A DNA stretch of 32,760 nucleotides from Chloroflexota bacterium (GTDB lineage: Bacteria; Chloroflexota; Dehalococcoidia; Lucifugimonadales; Lucifugimonadaceae). The stretch covers positions 1-32,760 of the forward strand of contig PBRL01000068.1 in the NCBI GenBank assembly GCA_002725925.1. Reading direction: 5' to 3'. The position numbers were made by a program, and so were the translations under genes. Position 1 is the stretch's first letter. Each line of letters opens with the position of its first letter. Shown piece by piece: positions 18,748-27,399 of the stretch. A model generated the notes under the pieces. It was not told the DNA's origin. It made no database searches and saw nothing but the letters and a program-made list of their open reading frames with translations.

Positions 18748-20505
18748 ATGTGGATGAATAAGATGCTACGATCGTTGCTCGTGTCAGTGTGGATATTTGC
18801 AGGATTGTTTACTAGTCAGATATACAGCGATGAAACTAGATTAGGACGAGTGCCCGGAACTGCGGTAATGTTTGGCAGTGTTTCAGGGCCAAATACATTC
18901 ACTGCAGCCAAGGTATATGCTAAAAATTTAGACAAAAATATGCTTTATATGGTGTATACCAATAAGGGGCAATATCGGATGCCTAATCTGATGGTTGGCG
19001 CTTATGAGATTTGGTCAGAGCATGAGGCACTGCGCTCAGAGCACAGTTGGGTGAGAGTTGAGGCACGCACCAAAATAGCTGCTGATTTTACTCTCAAAAC
19101 AGGTCCAGCGGATCCATTGACATTAAAAACTCGAAATGCGAAAACGGGCAATGCGGTCTCCTACGATGAACTGTATCCGCCCGGAGCTGGACGAGATATA
19201 GCCGAGAGAACCTGTATGTCCTGTCATGGCCAACTGTTTTTGCCAGCTTTCAAAATGAATAAGGCGGGGTGGAACACGATGATAGGCTTGATGCTAGACC
19301 CCAACGCAAGGCGCGGTGCAATGATTCAAGAGGGATCTGGTGTAGGGAGCATAACTGATGAGGAAAGAGATCTGTTAGCAGATTATCTGGCAGATAATTT
19401 TGGTCCTGACAGCCAGGATCGAATATTGATTTCTGAGGCTGAATACCCTCTGGATGAAGCTGAATTGTCAAAAGGTTTATTTGTAGAATTTATGCTGCCC
19501 TTGGCTCCCAATACTGATCTTTCGCTTAGATCAAAAGCGGAAGCCGGCAAGCATAGAGTTCTGGAGCCTCACATCGATAACAGCGGTAATATTTGGGGCA
19601 CCAATAGCTTTATTGGCGTCAGCAAGCTAGATCCGAGGACCGCTGAGTATTCTCATTATCCTTTTGGGATCGATAGAGTTAATGGAAATCCCTACATTCA
19701 AGCGCACGGAATGACTATTGATTCAAGAGATAATATATTTTGGATCGAATTTTACGGAAAGCACGTGGGTCGCCTGAATCCGAGAACTGGTCAGATGGAC
19801 CGCTTCCCTATGGACCCAGAAGGAAAGATATACAACATTCAGGGACACACTCCAGACTTGGACTCTAAAGAGAATGTTTGGTTTACAGTGATTACTGGTA
19901 ATAAGATGGGCGTTTGGGATCGCAAAACAGAAAAAATCAGTTTGTATGAGATCCCCACGCCTAATTCATTTCCATACGGCATTGATGTTGATCAACAGGA
20001 TAATGTTTATTTCGCTGAGTTATTTGGTTGTAAAGTGGGCGTCATCAACGCAAACACCAAGCAGTTTAAAGAATACCCGGCACTTGCCAGTCCCTGCTCT
20101 ATGAATCGGGTTATGGTGGATAAAGAAGGTATTGTCTGGTACTCATTGGTCCGCTCTGGATTGCTTGGGCGCTTAGATCCCAAGACTGGCAAACAAAAAG
20201 AATATCCAGTTTTACCTTTCCGCGAAGATAGGACAGTGCCCTTGTCCAATCCCTACGGAATTATAGCGGATCATAAAAATAAAGTTTGGTTCGGAGATCA
20301 AGGCCTCGGCGGCGCACTGATTAGATTTGACCCGGACACAGAAAAGTTTTCTTACTATCCCTTGCCTAGGAAAACAGATAACCCCAATATCGATATTTCA
20401 GGCAAAGGCGCAATTATTTATACCAGCCGATCTAGTCGCCAAGCGGCTATTGGTATTTTTTATCCCGACGTTACGCAGATGACGTCCTATGCGGTTTTTC
20501 GTTAG
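18748..20505 (+). CDS. Exported beta-sandwich + cytochrome c + Vgb-like beta-propeller protein, paralogue 2
   Basis: Signal peptide, AGGAG RBS, CMSCH at 19213-19227 with W..MIGLM, repeated PYGI..D...VW and RLDPKTG blades; colinear with paralogue 1. Confidence 0.87.
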   Translation: MWMNKMLRSLLVSVWIFAGLFTSQIYSDETRLGRVPGTAVMFGSVSGPNTFTAAKVYAKNLDKNMLYMVYTNKGQYRMPNLMVGAYEIWSEHEALRSEHSWVRVEARTKIAADFTLKTGPADPLTLKTRNAKTGNAVSYDELYPPGAGRDIAERTCMSCHGQLFLPAFKMNKAGWNTMIGLMLDPNARRGAMIQEGSGVGSITDEERDLLADYLADNFGPDSQDRILISEAEYPLDEAELSKGLFVEFMLPLAPNTDLSLRSKAEAGKHRVLEPHIDNSGNIWGTNSFIGVSKLDPRTAEYSHYPFGIDRVNGNPYIQAHGMTIDSRDNIFWIEFYGKHVGRLNPRTGQMDRFPMDPEGKIYNIQGHTPDLDSKENVWFTVITGNKMGVWDRKTEKISLYEIPTPNSFPYGIDVDQQDNVYFAELFGCKVGVINANTKQFKEYPALASPCSMNRVMVDKEGIVWYSLVRSGLLGRLDPKTGKQKEYPVLPFREDRTVPLSNPYGIIADHKNKVWFGDQGLGGALIRFDPDTEKFSYYPLPRKTDNPNIDISGKGAIIYTSRSSRQAAIGIFYPDVTQMTSYAVFR

Positions 20506-20722
20506 TGAAACAAGCGCACGTTGTCTCAGTTTTGTGTACAACAGAGTTGTTACTTTATGAATGATTTTTGTGAATTCAGATGTGGGTTTAAGCTGCTGTT
20601 TGGTGCTTTAATTGGCGCCGGTCACAACTAGCTCTAAAGTCATTTTTCTGTCCCAGTCTACCAACCCTCCTGTGATGACTATAATCTGACCATGTAAGCA
20701 AGAGCATGTAGCCAGCAACAAT

Positions 20723-21409
20723 TCAATCCGTCCTGTTTTTGGTTGTTGCCGAGGTATCAATAAACTGGCCTCTATGCCAAGTTCCCTCTTTAGTGCTGTT
20801 GTCAGTATGGGTCAGTATGCCGTGTCCTTGAGGCATGCCATCCTCCCACTCGCCGTAGAAAACATCTCCATTAACCTGGACAAATGTTCCGATTCCGTGA
20901 GGCTTGCCTGCCCACCAATCACCGTGATAGATGCCACCACCGGGATAGACGAAAGTTCCTCTACCTTGTTTGTTTCCGTGATCATAATCGCCTATATAAG
21001 TGCCGCCATCGTTGTACATAACCGTACCATGACCATGTTCTCGATTATCATGCTCTCCGACATATTTGCCACCAGGAGAATAGGCGTAGGAGCCCAATAG
21101 TTGCTCCTCGTCACCAGTCCAATCAATGGCATATTTGGCATTATTTAAAAAAGTGTAGGTGCCATAACCGTGAGGACGATCATTGGCATAGTGACCAGTG
21201 ACAACCCCTCCATTGTAACGAATCTCTGTCCCCTTACCGTGTCTTTTTCCCTCTTTCCATTGTCCAGTGTACTCAGAACCATCACCATAACGCATTGTGC
21301 CAACACCACTAACGCAATCACCGACAACACAGGTATCGTCTGCACAATAAACAGATGATGCCATCAGAACTGCTGTAACTGAGATAAATTGTTTTAAACG
21401 CATGTACAT
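20723..21409 (-). CDS. Exported classical MORN-repeat protein
   Basis: Signal peptide, CVVGDCVSGVG cap, and 23-aa YxGxWxxGxxHGxG repeats. Confidence 0.88.
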   Translation of the reverse strand: MYMRLKQFISVTAVLMASSVYCADDTCVVGDCVSGVGTMRYGDGSEYTGQWKEGKRHGKGTEIRYNGGVVTGHYANDRPHGYGTYTFLNNAKYAIDWTGDEEQLLGSYAYSPGGKYVGEHDNREHGHGTVMYNDGGTYIGDYDHGNKQGRGTFVYPGGGIYHGDWWAGKPHGIGTFVQVNGDVFYGEWEDGMPQGHGILTHTDNSTKEGTWHRGQFIDTSATTKNRTD

Positions 21410-21429
21410 TATTTTATCCTCATGATGTA

Positions 21430-22908
21430 TTATTTTTTAGATTCTAAACGCCTCAAACTTAAAATTTCTAAAGTTTCCTCATGGCTTTCACGAGTGATGT
21501 TGTAGTAGGAAAAGAAATAAAAACAGAGCAGGCCAAAAACTAAAACACCGGGCCCGTATACCAGTCCAAGATTAAAGATGACATCGTTTGGTATATCTTG
21601 GGGCCTGACATTTTCTGTCGTAGGAAATGATATCAACGAAAGCGCTAATCCTGCTAGGAAATGCCCCACTCCTGATGTAGCTTTCATAGCAAAGGTAACA
21701 AAAGAGAAAATTAAACCCTCTTGGCGCTTCCCATTTTGTAACTCTTGATTGTCTGCAATATCTGCCATGATTGATCCCATCCCTACAATCATAGTTGCCA
21801 TACCAAAACCTGTTGTGATTTGACAAAAAATCAAGACGGGAAATAATAATGGACTTTCATTTTCTGGAAATAAACCAATGAGACGTAGGGTAGTTGGCAT
21901 CACAAAAGATGTTAGTAAAATTATTAATCCTAAATACATTGTTCCTTTCTTGTCCAACCAATCCATAATGTATTTAATAAATGGTATAGACAGAACAGTT
22001 GATGCAAAGAAAGCGTAAAACAGATATCCCATCTTGGATGTTTCCAGTGCCCAGAAATAAGTATTCATATGAAGCACAAGTGCACGCTGCAAGCCACTTA
22101 ACACATAAAAACTAATAGCAACAAGAAATACAGAAAGGAATGCACGGTTCTTTAAAACATTGCCAAGCTCTTTATAAAAGTATTTAAAAGAATCATAGAA
22201 ACTGCCTTTAAACACAGTTCCTTCGCTATTGCTTGTATGTAAAAAAGGAATTTGTGATTGTGTGCCCCGCGTTGCTATAAGCATTGTAATAATCGATACA
22301 ATAGCAAAAGTTAATGCGAAAGCAGGATAAGCCTCAGGGTTGAGCTGTCCTTGAGGATACGCATCAGTTGATTTAAAAAAAATCATAAAGCCAACCATTG
22401 ATAAAATCATGGCGGCAAAAAATGAAAACATATTTCTAATAGCTACAAGAGCTGTACGATCACGATAATTTTCAGTCAACTCAGCTCCCAAAGCATAATA
22501 AGGCACAAGGAAAAAAGTCATTAAAATGCGTAAACTAATTGCGAAAAATGTCAGCCACATGAAAAGGCTTGTTCCGGACAGGCTGCCTGGTGGACTAAAA
22601 AGCAAATAGAAAGCCAAGCCAAAAGGAATAGCAGACGCATACATCAATGGATGGCGGCGACCAAGCTTTGAATGAAAATTATCTGAAAAAGCACCAATAA
22701 CAGGATCTGTAATCCCATCAAACACCAACGCTATAAGAAGAGCGGTGCCCGCCAAAACAGGGTTCAAGTTTAAAACTTGAACATAATAAAATAACAAGAA
22801 GAACTCTAAAGAATTTGACTTAATAGCTTCCGAAACTTGCCCAGTTCCAAAAGCAAGCTTAACAGGAAAACTAATTTTTCGATCACGAATAATCTTTTAT
22901 CTAGTCAT
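21430..22908 (-). CDS. GPH (MelB-like) cation symporter; 5' end interrupted by TAA at codon 4, or starting at a non-canonical ATT
   Basis: DGITDPVIGAFSD, GRRHP, LGAELT and RQEG motifs. The frame extends upstream of the listed ORF as M-T-R-*-KIIRDRKISFPVKLAFGTGQ. Confidence 0.8.
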
Positions 22909-22962
22909 TTATTACCAAGTTAAGATCTAGAATAGATTGATTAAGTGAAAAAATAAATAGAT

Positions 22963-23304
22963 TTAAAGAGCTCCTTCACTCTCTGCTACATCACCACCAT
23001 ACTTAGAATACAGTCGACCGTAGATACGTTTTACAAGTTGCTGACGTTCTTCATCTAATTTTTCCTGTAGTAGTTCTGATGGCTTTCCTGTTTGAAGATC
23101 AGCCAAAGATAATTTGTTATTTTCTGACAAAATTTCTTCAAGATGAGCAAGACGATCTTTAACAACCCAAAGCTCTGCTCCTAATTCAAGCACTATGCTA
23201 ATAAGGTGATCAACAAGTTCATTCTCAAAATAGATTGGGTAGCCACGGTCGTAGCCTGGCAGATCTTTTACATATTCAAGTCCGTTATTTTTTTTGTTAG
23301 TCAT
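22963..23304 (-). CDS. Small helical/coiled-coil protein of unknown function, coupled to the methyltransferase
   Basis: GAGG RBS, 12 bp downstream of the methyltransferase; LELGAELWVVKDRLAHLEEIL heptad pattern. Confidence 0.75.
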   Translation of the reverse strand: MTNKKNNGLEYVKDLPGYDRGYPIYFENELVDHLISIVLELGAELWVVKDRLAHLEEILSENNKLSLADLQTGKPSELLQEKLDEERQQLVKRIYGRLYSKYGGDVAESEGAL

Positions 23305-23316
23305 GTTATTCCTCTT

Positions 23317-24408
23317 TTAGTTTTCAGGTTTAGTGCCTATCCGACCAATAAGCAAGCCTTTGCTAGGGTCGTATGGGAACATCTCAAAGCCAGTATCGTC
23401 CATCACCTCTTCGACATTGGAGCGGACATATTCAGGGATATAAGGCTCAACATTATCCAGCGCATCCATTTCACCAAAAAACATACCGTAAACATCTTGT
23501 TTATTAGCTGAAGGAAAATCAAAAATTGTAAAACTGCCTCCAGGCCTAAGCACGCGCAAGGCTTCTGCGATAACTTTCTTTGCCATTGAAACCGGCAGTT
23601 CGTGGAACAACAAGGTAGCGGTGACGATATCGAAGCTGTTGTCCTCAAAATCGAGTTCTTCTGCATGCATTTGCTTGAAGTGGATGTCCACATTCTGTTC
23701 AGCGGCACGAAGATGAGCATAACGCACCATAGCGGCGCTGACATCAATACCCCAAGCTTCGGCATCCGGGTAAATGTTCTTCAGGGCTGTGATAGTCCCA
23801 CCCGCACTGCAGCCGAGATCAAGGATGCGACTTACTTGCCCATCTTTAGGGGCACCAGCGGTGCTGGCTAGGCCTTTATGGGCTGCGTCGTTATCAGCAG
23901 AACCACCCATAAAAACCTTTAAACCATAGTCGTAAATAAAGCCAGCGAGCGGTTCGTTGACATAACCACCAGGCTGAAGGTGAATTTCTCTTTTGGTGTA
24001 GTCCGCCACAGCATAGTCCGGGTCATAACTGACTGAGCCAGGGCCAATTTTCTCAGCATCATCCAGGGCTTGTAGTAATTCATTTTTTTTCATATTAAAA
24101 GAATTTAGAATACATTCCCAAAAGGATTCTTGAAGGGAACGTTTTACTCGGTAATAGGTTTTTAACACGCTATCTTTCATGAGCAACTCTTGAGCTTCTG
24201 CTGAACTTTTAGGATCGGTTTCCATACTCTTTCCAGCATCTTGCAACAACGATCGGCTATACTCTCCAATTGGTTTTTGCTGTGCATGCATCAATAGATT
24301 ACGAGCATCTTCTATAAAACCTACATAGGCTTCATCTCTGCGTGATGAGAGCGAGGGAAAAATACCTGCTGTTTTTCCACGCTCGTAAATAGTTTGGTTA
24401 ATGGTCAT
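23317..24408 (-). CDS. Class I SAM-dependent methyltransferase with a long N-terminal extension
   Basis: RILDLGCSAG, GIDVS, FEDNSFDIV, LFHE and RVLRPGG motifs; GAGGAGG RBS. Confidence 0.9.
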   Translation of the reverse strand: MTINQTIYERGKTAGIFPSLSSRRDEAYVGFIEDARNLLMHAQQKPIGEYSRSLLQDAGKSMETDPKSSAEAQELLMKDSVLKTYYRVKRSLQESFWECILNSFNMKKNELLQALDDAEKIGPGSVSYDPDYAVADYTKREIHLQPGGYVNEPLAGFIYDYGLKVFMGGSADNDAAHKGLASTAGAPKDGQVSRILDLGCSAGGTITALKNIYPDAEAWGIDVSAAMVRYAHLRAAEQNVDIHFKQMHAEELDFEDNSFDIVTATLLFHELPVSMAKKVIAEALRVLRPGGSFTIFDFPSANKQDVYGMFFGEMDALDNVEPYIPEYVRSNVEEVMDDTGFEMFPYDPSKGLLIGRIGTKPEN

Positions 24409-24465
24409 ATCATCCTCCTCTAATATAAAATAATGTAAATAATTTAGTCTTAGGACATTAGATTA

Positions 24466-24481
24466 TTGCAAACGTGTGCAT
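24466..24481. promoter_or_regulatory. LacI-type operator TTGCAAACGTGTGCAT
   Basis: Exact reverse complement of 24549-24564; divergent promoter region. Confidence 0.8.
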
Positions 24482-24548
24482 TACTCATTGATCTAAATCA
24501 ATTTGATGATGTTTAGAGCATATTTTTTTAACCCTTAGCTTAAGAGCC

Positions 24549-24564
24549 ATGCACACGTTTGCAA
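24549..24564. promoter_or_regulatory. LacI-type operator ATGCACACGTTTGCAA
   Basis: Exact reverse complement of 24466-24481. Confidence 0.8.
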
Positions 24565-24637
24565 TCATCTACAAGAAATTATACCCTGTTTTTTTTACAA
24601 AAAATAAATCTGTGTTGTTGAAAAAGCTGTTCACTAA

Positions 24638-25516
24638 ATGAGCTCAGTAAAGAAAGATATGAATATAATTTCGATAATATTACGCTCTCTAGGCTACCTA
24701 TTAATTGCTTCGATAGTTATATCAAGCACTTATTTAATCTTAATGAGCGGCGTTTACCACACACCTACAACGTTTTTATCATCTTCAAATTATGTGTCTC
24801 CCGCAAATAAAATTCTAATTGTTGGGGGAACTCGAGGTGCAGGGCTTGAAATCGCTAGAAAACTACTAGATCGTGGTGAGGATGTGACTGCAATGGTTCG
24901 ATCCACTTCAAATGTTGAAAAATTAAACCAACTTGGGGTTAAGCAAGTGATCGCTGACGCCCTTATTAAAGAACAGGTCCAAGCAATCTTTTCTCAAAAC
25001 AGCTATGGTACAGTAATATCAGCACTGGGCACTTCAGCTAAAGATTTACCCTCACGACAGAATTTCATTCAATCAATGATCTACGGCCAAGTAAAGATGG
25101 ACCCAAATAAGCGCCCTGACTTTATTGGTAATCGCAATATTATAGACTCAGCAAAAACATTTGGAGCAAACCGCTTTATTTTAATTACTGTCATTGGAAC
25201 TGGACAATCACATGATGCTTTACCATTGCCCGCTCGTCGAGGTCATAACGAAGTTATCCCACTAAAAGCAAAGGCTGAAAATCATCTGCGTGATAGTGGT
25301 CTTGCTTTTACTATTATTCGTCCCGGTGGGTTTAGCAATGGTCAATCTTCGGGTAAGGCAAAACTGACTGAAGATCATTTGGCTTTTAGCTATATTGCTA
25401 GAGTAGATGTTGCTAATTTAGCCATTGAAGCATTAGGCAATGATGAATCCATAGGTAAAACATTTAATGCTTATGACTCTGATATGCTACATCTATATCG
25501 GATATTTATGGACTAA
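24638..25516 (+). CDS. Atypical SDR / NAD(P)H-binding Rossmann protein with an N-terminal membrane anchor
   Basis: Hydrophobic N-terminus; ILIVGGTRGAG, KAKAENHLRDSGLAFTIIRPGG and IARVDVA motifs. Confidence 0.85.
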   Translation: MSSVKKDMNIISIILRSLGYLLIASIVISSTYLILMSGVYHTPTTFLSSSNYVSPANKILIVGGTRGAGLEIARKLLDRGEDVTAMVRSTSNVEKLNQLGVKQVIADALIKEQVQAIFSQNSYGTVISALGTSAKDLPSRQNFIQSMIYGQVKMDPNKRPDFIGNRNIIDSAKTFGANRFILITVIGTGQSHDALPLPARRGHNEVIPLKAKAENHLRDSGLAFTIIRPGGFSNGQSSGKAKLTEDHLAFSYIARVDVANLAIEALGNDESIGKTFNAYDSDMLHLYRIFMD

Positions 25517-25561
25517 TTTTGCTCAAAATACTTTATTAAGAACAGCCACATCGTATTAACA

Positions 25562-26335
25562 ATGATTATGAAAATAAAACTAGCAACTTTTTGTACACTT
25601 ATACTATTAGTATCAGTCTGTATTTCTACAGACATAGAAAGCTCTGATAACAACATATATCTGCAAACTGTTATCAAAAAGGCAGTTGAGAATCAATCAA
25701 GACCTGAAAAAGATAGACAGCGTGACATTGACAGAAGGCCATTTGAAGTCATGCTCTTTTCGGGCATTAAATCTGGTGATGTGGTTGCTGATATCGGCTC
25801 AGCAGGTGGCTATTATACAAGAATTCTAAGTGATATTGTTGGGCCAAATGGTCATGTCTATGGTTTTAATGGCAAAGAATTTGCTCGTATTTTTAAAAGC
25901 GGGAATCCAACAGATCCAATAGCTGAAGAACGTGACAATGTATCTAGTGTTATGGGTACATTCAATTCTCCTGTCTTTTCTGAACCACTTGATGTCGCTA
26001 TTATTATTCTGATCTATCATGACACACATTTATCACAGCTTAATATCAATTCAGAAGCTATGAATAATGCTTTGTTTGATGCGCTTAAACCAGGCGGCAC
26101 TCTTATAGTTGTTGATCATAAAGCTGAAGCGGGATCTGGTTTACGTGATGTAGATAAATTTCATCGCATAGACCAACTTCTTGTTAAGCAAGAAGTTGAA
26201 AGTGCGGGGTTTCTTTTTATTGCTGAAAGTGACGTTTTAAATCACCCCAGTGATATGCACAATACCATGGTTATGATGCCTGCTATACGAGGGAAATCGG
26301 ATCGTTTCATATTCAAATTCATAAAACCAGAGTAA
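25562..26335 (+). CDS. Class I methyltransferase-like protein with a signal peptide (COG4798-like)
   Basis: RPEKDRQRD..RRP, VADIGSAGGYYT, YHD, LKPGGTLIVVDH and HRID motifs. Confidence 0.85.
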   Translation: MIMKIKLATFCTLILLVSVCISTDIESSDNNIYLQTVIKKAVENQSRPEKDRQRDIDRRPFEVMLFSGIKSGDVVADIGSAGGYYTRILSDIVGPNGHVYGFNGKEFARIFKSGNPTDPIAEERDNVSSVMGTFNSPVFSEPLDVAIIILIYHDTHLSQLNINSEAMNNALFDALKPGGTLIVVDHKAEAGSGLRDVDKFHRIDQLLVKQEVESAGFLFIAESDVLNHPSDMHNTMVMMPAIRGKSDRFIFKFIKPE

Positions 26336-26352
26336 TCCTTTTATCAGGAAAC

Positions 26353-27360
26353 CTAGATTTGCCTAGTTGTGTCACGAGGTACTATAACCGCTTGCAGATC
26401 AGTGCTTTTTGGAGGAAGCTGAGGATCATAAATACGCTTAAGTAGGCAATCAATGGATTCATCGATCAAGTCTTCACGTGGTAACTGAACAGTCGTTAAA
26501 CGATTCATCCCCCAGGAAGACATTGGAGTATCTCCAAAACCAATGACCGCAATGTCCTTTGGTATCTCAAGATTATAATCTACACGTGCTCCGTCCATAA
26601 TGCCCAGCGCAGTTAAATCTGAAGAACATATTACAAGTTCAGGTTTTATTTTTACGATATCTGCCATGGCGTTTCGTCCCTCGTCATGACCTAATAGGCC
26701 TGTAAGATCGGCAACAATTTCACCTTTATGTTCTTTTTCTAGAACTTTGCTAAAAGCCTTGGTTCTTTGGACGCCTGCTTTAAATTTCTTATCACCCCTT
26801 ATAAGGACAAAACGCCTATATCCAAGATCTAAAGCAAAATTAGCCAAGCTCTCCCCAATCGCATTGTGATCTATGCTTACATTACAAACACTGATTCTTT
26901 TTGCTGAAAAACCTACTAAAACTAGAGGTGTATTTTTTTTATTACATGCTGTAACTATAGCCCTAGATGGCAAGGCAGAGAGCATGATTATTCCATCTAC
27001 CTGATACTGCAATAGAAACTCAATGGAAGCATTAATGTCACTATTTTTATTAATGGTTGCCAAAATAGTTTGGTAATTTTCTTTTTGTAATTTTTCACTG
27101 TAACTATTTAAAGTGCTGGCATAGAAAGGGTTATGCCAATCAGCTATAATTAGTCCAATTAATTGGGTTTTTTGCGTAACAAGACTGCGAGCCATGACAT
27201 TGGGCCGATAACCAAGTTTATCAGCTGCTACAATTACTTTTTTTCTAGTCTCTGATGAGACGCAGGCATTTGGAGTGAATGTTCGTGATACAGTTGATCG
27301 AGATACGCCCGCTAGTTCAGCAACATTAAAGGAAGTAGTCCTGCTCTTCTTTTTTATCAT
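26353..27360 (-). CDS. LacI-family transcriptional regulator
   Basis: HTH VAELAGVSRSTVSR, hinge LGYRPNVMARSL, IPKDIAVIGFGD, LTTV. Confidence 0.95.
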   Translation of the reverse strand: MIKKKSRTTSFNVAELAGVSRSTVSRTFTPNACVSSETRKKVIVAADKLGYRPNVMARSLVTQKTQLIGLIIADWHNPFYASTLNSYSEKLQKENYQTILATINKNSDINASIEFLLQYQVDGIIMLSALPSRAIVTACNKKNTPLVLVGFSAKRISVCNVSIDHNAIGESLANFALDLGYRRFVLIRGDKKFKAGVQRTKAFSKVLEKEHKGEIVADLTGLLGHDEGRNAMADIVKIKPELVICSSDLTALGIMDGARVDYNLEIPKDIAVIGFGDTPMSSWGMNRLTTVQLPREDLIDESIDCLLKRIYDPQLPPKSTDLQAVIVPRDTTRQI

Positions 27361-27399
27361 CAGCTTATAATTCGCCTGAATCGTAATTGTAGATTTTAT

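Noticed and set aside
14080-20505. Virginiamycin B lyase (vgb) antibiotic-resistance call
   Set aside because: The proteins are about twice Vgb length, exported, haem-bearing and in a catabolic context; only the fold is shared.
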